Positions 8,362 through 17,181 of a DNA stretch of 64,000 nt are shown in pieces. How positions within the stretch are numbered: position 1 is the first letter of the stretch; each line of letters starts with the position of its first letter. This stretch comes from a virus. The DNA lies in the IMG/VR virus record IMGVR_UViG_3300027575_000001, positions 1 to 64,000 of that record; one strand, 5' to 3'. The position numbers and the translations under genes are program-made. The notes under the pieces are model-generated. The model saw only the letters and a list, made by a program, of their open reading frames with translations, made no database searches and was not told the DNA's origin.

Positions 8362-8756
8362 TTGCCCTCCAGTAGCGCCAGCAGGCCATCGCCCACTTCC
8401 TGAGCGCCCTCCGCTGTGAATGTGCAGCCACGCTCCGCCAGGAACGCGATCACCTTGTCTTGTAGGCTCTGCGGGCGCCGCGATAGATTAGCGAATCGTC
8501 GCTCAAGGAACCTCCTCAGCGCAAACGACACCCTCATCTCGGTAGGTTCTCCACAAATGCGGAGTTGTGTGAGGAATCTTTCTACTTCGGACTGTGACGG
8601 CTCCGCCAGCGCCTCGCGGTAGTGCATCTCGCGCGTTAATTCCTCGGCCTTTCTACCCATCGCCGCGTACTCAGAGGGCGTATAAACGCCCATACATCGC
8701 GCCGAATCCATGATAGCCTTGCCGAACTTCCTCTCCTGCTCATCCGTCAGTTTCAT
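8358..8756 (-). CDS. hypothetical protein
   Basis: ATG at 8756 with GAGGAG RBS and an ATGA overlap with the upstream gene. Confidence 0.55.
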   Translation of the reverse strand: MKLTDEQERKFGKAIMDSARCMGVYTPSEYAAMGRKAEELTREMHYREALAEPSQSEVERFLTQLRICGEPTEMRVSFALRRFLERRFANLSRRPQSLQDKVIAFLAERGCTFTAEGAQEVGDGLLALLEGK

Positions 8757-9142
8757 GCTTTGCTCTCCTCGTAGAGTTTGAGGGCCGCGCGCGCATCGTC
8801 CCATCGTTGCGCCACACTGCCAGTCATCGCTAGAGGCATTTCGTATTTGATTAGAAACTCCAGCGCCTCCCGCATCCCCTCGGCGGCAGCGGCGGAGTTC
8901 ACGGCGGAGACGATGAGAGGCCCATCTGCGCGATTGCCGCCTTGGCAGGGGATTTCAGCGACGACGTTTCCTCGGGCGTCTATAATGAAGCATCCCGCGT
9001 CCTCATCCCAACGCCACGGCAACGGCGTGTGCTTCACTTCGCTCATTGTTTGTCCCATCCAAATATTTCGCGGTAAAGTCTGTCGCACTCTACGGAGCCA
9101 CATTGAATCGGGTGTTGTTGCTCTGACGCTCAATGCTTTCAT
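8753..9142 (-). CDS. hypothetical protein (HTPLPW motif)
   Basis: ATG at 9142 overlaps the stop of the ATPase gene (ATGA). A later ATG (MSEVKHTPLPW) is possible. Confidence 0.5.
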   Translation of the reverse strand: MKALSVRATTPDSMWLRRVRQTLPRNIWMGQTMSEVKHTPLPWRWDEDAGCFIIDARGNVVAEIPCQGGNRADGPLIVSAVNSAAAAEGMREALEFLIKYEMPLAMTGSVAQRWDDARAALKLYEESKA

Positions 9143-11046
9143 AACCGTTGGACCTTTCCATCCTGCACCCTGAAGTACGCCACGCCGGCCCGGCTCGGGA
9201 CGGTCTCGCGGTTGTCGGCAAGGATAATGAATGCCTTTTCGAGCAGCCCCTCTTTGCACATCCCGTCGATGGCCTTGAACAGCATCTTGCGCTGATCGTC
9301 GATCATGGTCTGAACCTCATCGATCGCCACGATCTTGAGTTTGGAGTGTACCGCGATCGCGCACTGAAGGGCCGCCTTGAACATCAGCAGCTCGAAGCCC
9401 GAGAGTTGTTTGGTTGGCAGCCAACCTTTCGGCGTGAGCACCGTGAACGCATCGGCCTCGGGTGAGAGCTGGCCCTCGTAGTCCCACTTCGACAGGACGC
9501 TATTTACCGTGGCCATGAACGTTGCGGCTCCCTGCGCAATCAAATCGGCTTTCACCCCATTGTCTCCGAAGTAGGAGCACAGAGTCTCAAGATCAGCAAC
9601 CTTTGCCGTCTGGTCCTGTTTCCGCACCACAGCCTCATCGATCTGTTTCAGCGTCGACTCGTAGTTGAGCGCAGGACTCAGCCGTGCTTCCCAGGTACTT
9701 AGCTCGGCGTTCGCTGCGTCGAGGGCTGTTGTATCTGCTGGCGCGCTCTCCTGCGCTTTGGCCTCGTCGAGCGCGATGCTGGCGCTGTCCACGGCCTGCT
9801 CCGTCTGCGAGATGGTCTGCTCCAATTCCTCGACACGCCGCTTCGTCTTCTCGTGCTTCTCGTGAAGTTCGGCGTTCTTGGCGAGGATCTGCTCGGCACT
9901 GGTGATGTCGCCCAAGGCTTGCTGTTCGGCTTGGAGCCCGGCCTTTGCTTCCTCCGCTTCCTGCTGGAGCTTCAAATGCTGAGCCATTTTGCCGTCGATG
10001 AACTTGCGCGTTATGGTCTGCGTGCAGGTGGGGCAGTGAGCTTCGCTCATTCCGTCCTGCAGCAACTCGCGGTACACGTCTTGGGCATCAGCCTGCGCCG
10101 CAATCTCGGCGTCGAGTTCGCGGATCTGCGCCTGCAACTGCTCCCACAGATTCCTGCCCGCGGCCGTGCGGTCTGCCTTCTTCACGTTTGGCTGGTCAAG
10201 GATGGCCTGAGCGAGATCGTCGCGCTGGTGGATCGCTGTCGCATAGTCGGCCTGCGCTGTCGTCAACTTCTCTTTCTCCTGCTCTAAACTCTGCTCGATG
10301 CGCCCGATCTGAACCGTGCCGCCGCCCTTGATCTTCTTGGCTTCAGCTGCAGCGCGTTTCCGGCAGGCCTCAATCTTCTCCTGCACGTGTCCTGCGGCGT
10401 ACTCCGGCTTGAGGGGCTGCTGCGGGATGTAGATGCCACTGAGTGCTGCCTTGGCGTCCCTGCGCGCGCTGTAGGCCGCTCCGTACACCTGGTCGATCAG
10501 GCCGACAGGACTCTTGTCCCATGCGAACTTGCCCAAGTGCTTCTCGGCTAGAGCTACCTTGTCGGCCTCGAATTCGTGGCTGGAAGGAAGGATCAGCGCG
10601 GCCAAGATGTCTTTCTGCTCTGTCTTCGGATTGAAGAAATAGTCCGAGTCCAGCACGCACGACAGCGCTTCGGACTTTCTTTCGAGGAATGCTTGGAAAC
10701 CGGCTGCTCCTTTGCCGTCGTCTTTGCCTTCGCCGGCCACGATGGTTTGGTTCCTGCGGCTGGCGCCAGGCCCGTAGGTGGTCCTTATCTGGAATGGTCC
10801 TGCGGCCGTCAAGACGCCGAGAACGATGTCGGCCTTCTTGGCGCCTAGCCGGATGTTCTCCATCGCCCCGCCGCCTTTCTTGTCGGTGTTAGGGCACCGC
10901 GGCGTCAAGGAGAGGCGGATCGCGTTGATGAGGGTGGTCTTGCCCTGGGCGTTATTCCCGATGACGCAGCACAGAGGCTCGTCGAATGTTACTTCAGCCT
11001 GCTCGATAGGACCAAAATCCTTGATGCTGATTGTGTTCAAATCCAT
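9139..11046 (-). CDS. SMC/SbcC/RecF-like AAA ATPase (recombination or repair)
   Basis: FGPIEQAEVTFDEPLCCVIGNNAQGKTTL is an SMC_N-type Walker A. A long coiled-coil middle is followed by C-terminal KIVAIDEVQ (Walker B). Start at the ATG at 11046. Confidence 0.75.
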   Translation of the reverse strand: MDLNTISIKDFGPIEQAEVTFDEPLCCVIGNNAQGKTTLINAIRLSLTPRCPNTDKKGGGAMENIRLGAKKADIVLGVLTAAGPFQIRTTYGPGASRRNQTIVAGEGKDDGKGAAGFQAFLERKSEALSCVLDSDYFFNPKTEQKDILAALILPSSHEFEADKVALAEKHLGKFAWDKSPVGLIDQVYGAAYSARRDAKAALSGIYIPQQPLKPEYAAGHVQEKIEACRKRAAAEAKKIKGGGTVQIGRIEQSLEQEKEKLTTAQADYATAIHQRDDLAQAILDQPNVKKADRTAAGRNLWEQLQAQIRELDAEIAAQADAQDVYRELLQDGMSEAHCPTCTQTITRKFIDGKMAQHLKLQQEAEEAKAGLQAEQQALGDITSAEQILAKNAELHEKHEKTKRRVEELEQTISQTEQAVDSASIALDEAKAQESAPADTTALDAANAELSTWEARLSPALNYESTLKQIDEAVVRKQDQTAKVADLETLCSYFGDNGVKADLIAQGAATFMATVNSVLSKWDYEGQLSPEADAFTVLTPKGWLPTKQLSGFELLMFKAALQCAIAVHSKLKIVAIDEVQTMIDDQRKMLFKAIDGMCKEGLLEKAFIILADNRETVPSRAGVAYFRVQDGKVQRL

Positions 11047-11087
11047 TGCGTTCTTCTCTCTGCCTCTGGCGGGAGGCGTCCGGTTCT

Positions 11088-11297
11088 TTACCAGTCCTGC
11101 CATGGTGCTTCGCCGTCGACGACGAAGACAGTGCCCTCGATGTGCGCGTGTGCGAAAACCTTCTGTCTTCCGCCCATCCACTTATCAGTAGCTTTGTCGA
11201 TCTTCCCCTGCCACCACTTAGTGATCTTGCGGTTGTAGACGAGGACTTCACCTTTCGGCCCAAACGGAGGTTGCGCTCTCTGAATCTTGACAATCAT
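11088..11297 (-). CDS. hypothetical protein
   Basis: 69-aa ORF whose start abuts the exonuclease stop. Confidence 0.5.
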   Translation of the reverse strand: MIVKIQRAQPPFGPKGEVLVYNRKITKWWQGKIDKATDKWMGGRQKVFAHAHIEGTVFVVDGEAPWQDW

Positions 11298-12616
11298 CAG
11301 TATTCAATCTCCTCGTTTCCTGCTGCATCCCAGCTCTTGTGTTCTGATCCCGTGCCGTCGTCAACCTCAGCGTCTCGCGTGATTTTCAGCTTCGGCTTCG
11401 TCTCCACGATGGCCAGGTCTCGGATGTTGTTGTGCAGGATCTCGCGCTTGTCAGTCTTCAAGTAACGGTTCAACTCAGTCGAACCGATCCTTAGATTGTC
11501 GAACCACGGCTTTGAACCTTTGCGCGGGATCAAGTCTTTCGGGTTCGTCGTCACCCAGTTCAAGAGCGCATCCACGATGGGCATGTTGAAACCCTCCTCG
11601 AGATTGCCCTCAAAGATCGGGTAGGTCACCTTCTCGGTCGGCACGTATCCAATCGAATAGACCTTCCCATTCGCGTCCTGCGAGAACACTGATTCCTGTG
11701 TCCCGTCGACGTGCTGCTTGAGAGCATCTTTCACGATGCGCACCTGAACCTCGGTCGACAGCAGCCAGTTCAGTTGCTCGGCAGGACTCTTGAGCATGGG
11801 GTTCAGCTTGCCGTTTGGACATGGTATCTCGATGGGGTCCAGAGCGCACGGGCAGTAGCAGCAATGTGCTCCACCGTGCACGCGCAGATCGCCGCCATCG
11901 GCAACCTTGGCGTGAATTTCTTTCTGCCGGTTCCTGATCCTGCGCACGTCCTCCATCATCTGCGGCACGTCGGAGCGGAAATATTTGTGGGTCTTGACGA
12001 TGTTGGCGTAGCGCACAAAGCGTAGGCCGAACTCGATCTCCTGCAACTCCGGCAGGTGCATGAACAGGAGAAGCGAATAGAGCTTGCCTTGAATGGTGTG
12101 CGCCTCAAATGGCCGAGGATGCGACTTCCAATCCGTGATGCGGGCCACCTTGCCGCCAGGCATCAGGTAGATCACATCGAGAGTGCCGCAGTAGGCTGGC
12201 GGATTGCGATTGGCATTCATGGCTGTAAAGCACCAAACGGAATTGACAGGTTGACTGCCGCCGTCGTGATCAACCGCATAAGTCGGCTGGAAATCCTCAT
12301 CCAGACCGCACAGCACTTCGACCGCGAACAGGTTCTGCCAGTCAATCGTTATGTTGTCGCGGCAGAACTCAAGAATCGTTGCCGCTTCGTCTCCCACACT
12401 GCTCGTGAGTGAATCGAGGTACATGAAGTCTGCCGGAACGCGCTTCTTCGCGCAGTGCATGGCATACGGCGCCAGAACTGCGTGGATGTCGGTCCCGCGG
12501 TAGCTGGCCTCGGTGTTGGGCGTCTTTAGTCCGTCGATCTGGACGAGGCGGTATCCGTGTTCGCAAGCCATCTGGCCCGCGAGGGTTTGCGTGAGCGGCG
12601 GAATCTGTTGACTCAT
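11297..12616 (-). CDS. PD-(D/E)xK exonuclease, Cas4/RecB-like with a C-terminal Cys cluster
   Basis: GTLDVIYL...ARITDWKS...QGKLYSLL gives the D...D/ExK...QxxxY motifs. There is an N-terminal Cys plus C-terminal HCCYCPC...CPNG. AAGGAG RBS. Confidence 0.7.
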   Translation of the reverse strand: MSQQIPPLTQTLAGQMACEHGYRLVQIDGLKTPNTEASYRGTDIHAVLAPYAMHCAKKRVPADFMYLDSLTSSVGDEAATILEFCRDNITIDWQNLFAVEVLCGLDEDFQPTYAVDHDGGSQPVNSVWCFTAMNANRNPPAYCGTLDVIYLMPGGKVARITDWKSHPRPFEAHTIQGKLYSLLLFMHLPELQEIEFGLRFVRYANIVKTHKYFRSDVPQMMEDVRRIRNRQKEIHAKVADGGDLRVHGGAHCCYCPCALDPIEIPCPNGKLNPMLKSPAEQLNWLLSTEVQVRIVKDALKQHVDGTQESVFSQDANGKVYSIGYVPTEKVTYPIFEGNLEEGFNMPIVDALLNWVTTNPKDLIPRKGSKPWFDNLRIGSTELNRYLKTDKREILHNNIRDLAIVETKPKLKITRDAEVDDGTGSEHKSWDAAGNEEIEY

Positions 12617-12648
12617 GGCGGGGAGTCTCCTTTCGATTTTGTGTTCCC

Positions 12649-12716
12649 GTGAGCCCTGCAGGGTAGTCCGACTCGTCTCCCTCCCAGGCGACGGCCATCA
12701 TGCTTTCAGGGCTCAC
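12649..12716. repeat. 10-bp perfect inverted repeat GTGAGCCCTG ... CAGGGCTCAC (48-nt spacer) in the 128-bp gap between two recombination genes
   Basis: Read directly. Lies just upstream of the AAGGAG RBS of the exonuclease gene. Confidence 0.7.
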
Positions 12717-12744
12717 AGGCTCGTAACGTTACCGCGCTGCAAGG

Positions 12745-14013
12745 TTAATATTCGTCATCGTCCGCTGCTGGAGCAGGATGGTGCTTGGCTGCAGGACTCG
12801 ATTTTGTGTTCTGCGGCGGCTCCGGTTCAGCGTCTAGGTTCTCAGTGCTGGATGCCGTAGTCGTCGTCTGCGTAGTCGGGGATGCCTGCGCCCCACCATT
12901 TGTTCCAGTGGTCGCGGGCTGCGCGGATTGTTTCGAGGATGTAGGGTCCGATACACTCGGCTCCTTCTTCTCTCCCGTGTTCTGCTTCTTGGCGACTTCG
13001 CTTTGGAGCCACTCGAGGAATTCTTTGTCGCGGCCGATGTACTTAGCTTTCTGTTTACGGGCCTGAGCTGGTGTCAGCTCTAAAACCTTGATTGCCTCAT
13101 CGATGGCTGTGGTCGTGGCCTCGTCCTCGTTCTCGCCTTCTTTGGCAGCAAGGATTTCCTTCCATGTGGTGTGGCCGCCAGCGATACCAGCATAGAGCAC
13201 GCGGAGATCTTCAACCTCCGCAGGACTCAGATCATTCGAATGCCCTAGGTACGATTTCAGGTTCTCAACCGAAACTCCTACTTCTGCGAATCCTGCGTAC
13301 AAGGCGCGCCGTGCAGCATCCGGGTCTTTGGCGTCCACTGTGCGTTGCGTAGCGAGAATCTGAGCTTTGGCGGCTTCCTTGAGCCAGCCGGGGAGCATTG
13401 ACAGGACCAAGTTGCGCTTGCGCTTTGAATACTGCACCAATTTGGTTTGCTCCATCTCCTCGTTGGTGGCGCGCACGATGTAAACCGGCTTGCCGTAGCT
13501 GTTGGTGCGCTGAGACACCACAATGTCCCCGTCTTTGACTTTGCTGCGTTCGACAGTTTTGGGCACGATGATGATTTCGCCCTCGGCTACGTTGGACTCG
13601 TAGTCGATGCGGACCACGCGGAACACGCGTTGTTGCTCGTCCTCACCCATCGGCCAGAGGTCTACGCTGGCATTCTTGATGTAGGGCAAAGCCATCTCGG
13701 CAAACCTGATAGTCAGATCCCGCACGATATTCGGCACCCACTTATCGCCCTCAAACTTTCCTCCGCGGGGAACACCGTACATTGCAATGCTTGACCCGTA
13801 CTTCTTGGGATCAGGATCGATCGCGCAGAACTGCGGGCGCCGGCATTCCTTGAGTACCTGTTGCTCAGCCGCGTCCCAATCTCTCGGATGCCGTTCGGCC
13901 ATGATGTAGGCGGATTGAATCTGCGCCTGGGCGAGCTGCTGGACCATCGAGACGTTCTGCTCGCTATAGGCAGGAATGGCAGGCTGTTGAACTTCTAAAG
14001 CGTTGTCAGTCAT
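12745..14013 (-). CDS. putative ssDNA-annealing/recombination protein with a long low-complexity tail
   Basis: 422-aa ORF with a strong AAGGAG RBS. The function is inferred only from its position next to the exonuclease and SMC-like ATPase. No diagnostic motif was recognised. Confidence 0.35.
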   Translation of the reverse strand: MTDNALEVQQPAIPAYSEQNVSMVQQLAQAQIQSAYIMAERHPRDWDAAEQQVLKECRRPQFCAIDPDPKKYGSSIAMYGVPRGGKFEGDKWVPNIVRDLTIRFAEMALPYIKNASVDLWPMGEDEQQRVFRVVRIDYESNVAEGEIIIVPKTVERSKVKDGDIVVSQRTNSYGKPVYIVRATNEEMEQTKLVQYSKRKRNLVLSMLPGWLKEAAKAQILATQRTVDAKDPDAARRALYAGFAEVGVSVENLKSYLGHSNDLSPAEVEDLRVLYAGIAGGHTTWKEILAAKEGENEDEATTTAIDEAIKVLELTPAQARKQKAKYIGRDKEFLEWLQSEVAKKQNTGEKKEPSVSDPTSSKQSAQPATTGTNGGAQASPTTQTTTTASSTENLDAEPEPPQNTKSSPAAKHHPAPAADDDEY

Positions 14014-14286
14014 AAATCTCCTTTTTGGCGGTTAAATTTGGGGGATCCTTTTGAAGTCGTTGACAGGACCCAATGTGCGCTCACAGCTCACTCTCCATTT
14101 TCTCTAGACGCTTCAAGCACGAATCGACATCCTCAGCGCTCAGTTTCTCACTCAACACGTTTGCCAGGCTAATCAGCGCCGGCCATCCACAAGCGGCACA
14201 TTCTCTTGAGTTGTTGCCGACCGCAGAGCATGAGGATCAAAGATACGCGCGGGATAACGGCATGAACTGGTTGCCCGCGAGTGCGC

Positions 14287-14529
14287 TCATAATTCAACGC
14301 CCATCGCTTCCAGGGCGCACGAGACGCAGAACTCTTCCTTGGTGAACGTGGGCCAGTCGTGGCAGATCGGGCAGTAGTGGCGGCAATCTTCGCAGCACCG
14401 TAGTCCCGCGTGCCGCACCAACTCACCATCGAGTACGGGTCGGCCGCAGGATTCGCAATACTCCACTTCGTCCCGGCGTGCGGGCCTGTCGTCGTCTACG
14501 TCGGTTCGGATGCGGGGCCAGTCAGTCAT
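14287..14529 (-). CDS. Cys-rich small protein
   Basis: Start at the ATG at 14529, overlapping the upstream stop. Contains CESCG...CCEDCRHYCPIC...CVSC. Confidence 0.5.
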   Translation of the reverse strand: MTDWPRIRTDVDDDRPARRDEVEYCESCGRPVLDGELVRHAGLRCCEDCRHYCPICHDWPTFTKEEFCVSCALEAMGVEL

Positions 14530-14854
14530 GGGGCCCCGCCTTGGCGAGAGCCGCCCTAGCCTCCGGGTAGGCAAACATCCTACTGCATGGATTAGCGGCC
14601 CTTTCGGCGTCCTCTACGATCAGCTTCAGCGCCTCGTACATCTCAGGAGCGGCGCTTACGAGGCGAGCGTAAGATGCACTGAGGGCAGGCTCTTCCATCC
14701 GCGTCCAGAACGCCACCAAGCCCTTGTTTTCACGCTTGCCGAACTGCATCGCCACGCACTTAATCGGCTTCGGCGTAAATTTCGTTTCACTCATTGCTTC
14801 CCCTCCACAACCTGCACGATCCGCAGCGAGCTGTTTAAGTCGCTCGATACTCAT
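14522..14854 (-). CDS. hypothetical protein
   Basis: ATG at 14854 overlaps the stop of a micro-ORF (ATGA). An alternative start at 14794 has a GGAGGGG RBS. Confidence 0.5.
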   Translation of the reverse strand: MSIERLKQLAADRAGCGGEAMSETKFTPKPIKCVAMQFGKRENKGLVAFWTRMEEPALSASYARLVSAAPEMYEALKLIVEDAERAANPCSRMFAYPEARAALAKAGPHD

Positions 14855-14955
14855 CGCCAGAACCCCGCCACCATCATGCCAACGATGCACAGAGCAGCCA
14901 ATACAACACAGGCGCGCGTGAACGTGTCGAAAGGGCAGGACTGGTTCAGCGCCAT
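14851..14955 (-). CDS. 34-aa membrane micro-protein (not in the ORF track)
   Basis: MALNQSCPFDTFTRACVVLAALCIVGMMVAGFWR. Its stop overlaps the next ATG. Confidence 0.35.
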   Translation of the reverse strand: MALNQSCPFDTFTRACVVLAALCIVGMMVAGFWR

Positions 14956-14998
14956 CGGGTGATAGCTGTTGCCGCCATGGACCGCAAAGCGTGTTTGC

Positions 14999-15220
14999 TC
15001 AGCACATTCGTTCACGTGCGACCTCCATCATTTGCGCCACGATACTGCGCGCCGTGCCCCGAATCGCAGCCTCTTTCAGCGCCTGAAGCTGCATCTCCCG
15101 CGCCGTGCTGGCTGCGTACTCCCATTCGTAGCGGCCGTCGGGCATGGTCGCCTGTGCGGCTTTCAGGTCGCAGAACGCGGCCCACTTACCGAATTCAATT
15201 GCCTCATCTTCGGGGTTCAT
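14999..15220 (-). CDS. hypothetical protein
   Basis: ATG at 15220 overlaps the upstream stop (ATGA). Confidence 0.5.
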   Translation of the reverse strand: MNPEDEAIEFGKWAAFCDLKAAQATMPDGRYEWEYAASTAREMQLQALKEAAIRGTARSIVAQMMEVARERMC

Positions 15221-15369
15221 GGGCGCTCCGTGCGTGTGCCGATCATGAAACAGACGGCGCAACCTAAGCCGACGAGGAAGCCCTTCCAAAATCCGTCATG
15301 CAGGGTTTCTACTATCGCAACCCCGCAGATGGTTGCCATGCACAACAGACCACCAACACGATATGTCAC
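15217..15369 (-). CDS. 50-aa membrane micro-protein (not in the ORF track)
   Basis: GTG start with GGAG 7 nt upstream. GTGA and ATGA overlaps at the two ends. Confidence 0.4.
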   Translation of the reverse strand: MTYRVGGLLCMATICGVAIVETLHDGFWKGFLVGLGCAVCFMIGTRTERP

Positions 15370-15500
15370 AGCGCATCTCCAATCAACGATCCATCGTATT
15401 TGCCCCCGTTGCGCATGACGCGGAACAGGTGGTAGTTAATCATCAAGGACAGCACCGTGAATAACGGGCTCAGCCACCAGAGCACGAAGGCCGGGTTCAT
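15366..15500 (-). CDS. 44-aa membrane micro-protein (not in the ORF track)
   Basis: MNPAFVLWWLSPLFTVLSLMINYHLF..., with GGAG 8 nt upstream. Confidence 0.4.
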   Translation of the reverse strand: MNPAFVLWWLSPLFTVLSLMINYHLFRVMRNGGKYDGSLIGDAL

Positions 15501-15561
15501 GTGCATGTCTCCGGTAAAAGACGTTGGCAGGACCCTTGCGAGCCCTGCGGGGGTGAAGAAG

Positions 15562-15765
15562 CTAGGCCGCGCGCCGTTCCTCGAGCTGGTAATCCAATTC
15601 CTGCTCGATCTTGGACGTGTAGTCGGGACGGTGCGCTAGGATGTAGGCGGCGGTGGGTTCCAATTCCTCATCAGAGCAATTCTCCAACACTCGCTCGATG
15701 TCAGAACGGCGAAGTTGCTCCACGCTGTCGGCTGCAATCTTGATTATGTAGTCAGGCTTCCTCAT
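15562..15765 (-). CDS. hypothetical protein
   Basis: ATG at 15765 overlaps the upstream stop (ATGA). Confidence 0.5.
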   Translation of the reverse strand: MRKPDYIIKIAADSVEQLRRSDIERVLENCSDEELEPTAAYILAHRPDYTSKIEQELDYQLEERRAA

Positions 15766-16085
15766 ACTGCCACCATTGCTGCGCGCATATATTCCCACCG
15801 CTCGATCATCCAGAGCGATTGCTGAGTCTGAGAGGTAATGTGGGACTGGCTAAAGAGCATCGCTTCGGCGACCTTGGCAGGACTCTTCTTAGCCTGTGTC
15901 GCGTGGATGCTGCTCGGGTAGGCGTATTCGATAGTCTTGTTGGTGAGGTTAGCCGCGTAGAATCCACCGTTCTTGTCCATCTTAGTTTCAATGATGGTGG
16001 ATTCGGTAGGATCGTTGAGGCGTGCGCAGAGCTCGCGAGCACGGTCGATTGTCGCGGTTTGCATTGCTTTAGCGGTTTCGTTCAT
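15762..16085 (-). CDS. hypothetical protein, first gene of the leftward operon
   Basis: ATG at 16085 behind CCGGAGGGG. Confidence 0.55.
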   Translation of the reverse strand: MNETAKAMQTATIDRARELCARLNDPTESTIIETKMDKNGGFYAANLTNKTIEYAYPSSIHATQAKKSPAKVAEAMLFSQSHITSQTQQSLWMIERWEYMRAAMVAV

Positions 16086-16205
16086 TTCAATCCCCTCCGG
16101 TAAAAGGTGATTTGCACTACTGGTGTAAATGTGCGCCTGATATGATGTCGCTGTCAACAAAAATCATGTGTGCTGGGGTAACTATTTTGTGGGAGCCTGC
16201 AAACA
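16086..16205. promoter_or_regulatory. divergent control region between the leftward and rightward operons
   Basis: 120-bp gap between divergent starts. Holds a perfect TTGACA on the minus strand (16153-16158) and the 11-mer CACTACTGGTG (16115-16125), which recurs at 17815. Confidence 0.45.
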
Positions 16206-16991
16206 ATGACAGATAAAGGAGATATAACGCGCATCCAAGAACCTAAAGACTTCTTGCAACGTGCTGGATACATGCAAGAGCTATCGACTATTGATCCCCT
16301 TCCCTACTTTCCGAACCTCGTCAGGCAGGTGCGCGGGCCCACCAACGCGATGGTGCTGACTTACATCGAGATGATTTACCCCTGTCCACAGGACGCAAAT
16401 GGGGCTGTTCTGGACCGCGCAGTGACCATCGATTGCGACCAAGCCTGCCGGGATATTCAAGTCTCCCGCAGGACCCTGCATGTCGCATTACGTTGCCTCG
16501 GAGCCTGGTACCTCACCGAAGGTGATCTCGGCCGCGCGGAGCGCGCGGGAAGAGCGTTCATCAACGCTGACCACTCCCTTCACGGCCCAGTCAAGATCTA
16601 TTCCATCGTCGGCTCTAAGTGCTTCAGCCAGCCTCATTCCATCCTCAGCGTTAAACGGAATTGGCCTCGACTCAACGCGATTTTTGCCAGCACAAAACTG
16701 GCTTTCCTGCAATATCCTTTCGTTTCAACACCATTTGGCGCAAACCACGTACCGATGAATGATGACACGGGCGCGACCTCTCGTTGTGCGTCTATCTTGG
16801 CGCGTGTAATGCCAGACTGGGGGGACAGGCGAGCGGAGCGTTGGGATCGTTGGAGGCGGGAGACTGGGAAGAAGACGCGGAATCCTGGTCGAATGAGGGA
16901 CACCAAGAAGTTGATGAGTTCTTGTGATTCAGGTGTAAATGGTGCACACATTATAGATACAGACGCTTCAGAAGTTGATTGCGGCGCGTAA
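16206..16991 (+). CDS. hypothetical protein, possible HTH regulator or replication initiator
   Basis: 261-aa ORF with GGGAG RBS. The segment CRDIQVSRRTLHVALRCL looks HTH-like. Confidence 0.55.
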   Translation: MTDKGDITRIQEPKDFLQRAGYMQELSTIDPLPYFPNLVRQVRGPTNAMVLTYIEMIYPCPQDANGAVLDRAVTIDCDQACRDIQVSRRTLHVALRCLGAWYLTEGDLGRAERAGRAFINADHSLHGPVKIYSIVGSKCFSQPHSILSVKRNWPRLNAIFASTKLAFLQYPFVSTPFGANHVPMNDDTGATSRCASILARVMPDWGDRRAERWDRWRRETGKKTRNPGRMRDTKKLMSSCDSGVNGAHIIDTDASEVDCGA

Positions 16992-17118
16992 ATCCAGTTT
17001 TGGTGGTACTGGGGACTGTCGGAGGGGTCAGCGATGGCTCTACGGGGCTTTAAACGCATCGTTTTAGGTGGATTGAGGGTGATTTTGGTGTTATACGAGC
17101 AAATGGGTATAGGGTCGC

Positions 17119-17181
17119 TGAGTACATCTGCCTCATGCTTTTGAGTACATCTGCCTCACTTGTTTGTGTACAATGTACTCA
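17119..17181 (+). promoter_or_regulatory. operator-like repeats: 2 direct 17-mers TGAGTACATCTGCCTCA plus 1 inverted half-site
   Basis: Direct copies at 17119-17135 and 17142-17158 (23-bp period). An inverted TGAGTACAT at 17173-17181 abuts the ATG at 17181. A TACAAT -10-like hexamer lies at 17169-17174. Confidence 0.55.

Noticed and set aside
14014-14286. ORFs 14073-14345 (+) and 14169-14429 (-) in the 270-bp gap downstream of the gene that begins at 14013.
   Set aside because: Both have poor composition and no RBS, and both cross neighbouring supported genes. The region is more likely untranslated. I could not find a convincing small gene in the operon frame.
17119-17158. The direct repeats as a minimal CRISPR array or as iterons of an origin.
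   Set aside because: There are only two direct copies with a 6-nt spacer, which overlap a promoter-like region and a start codon. An operator function is the simpler reading. An origin function cannot be excluded without data.
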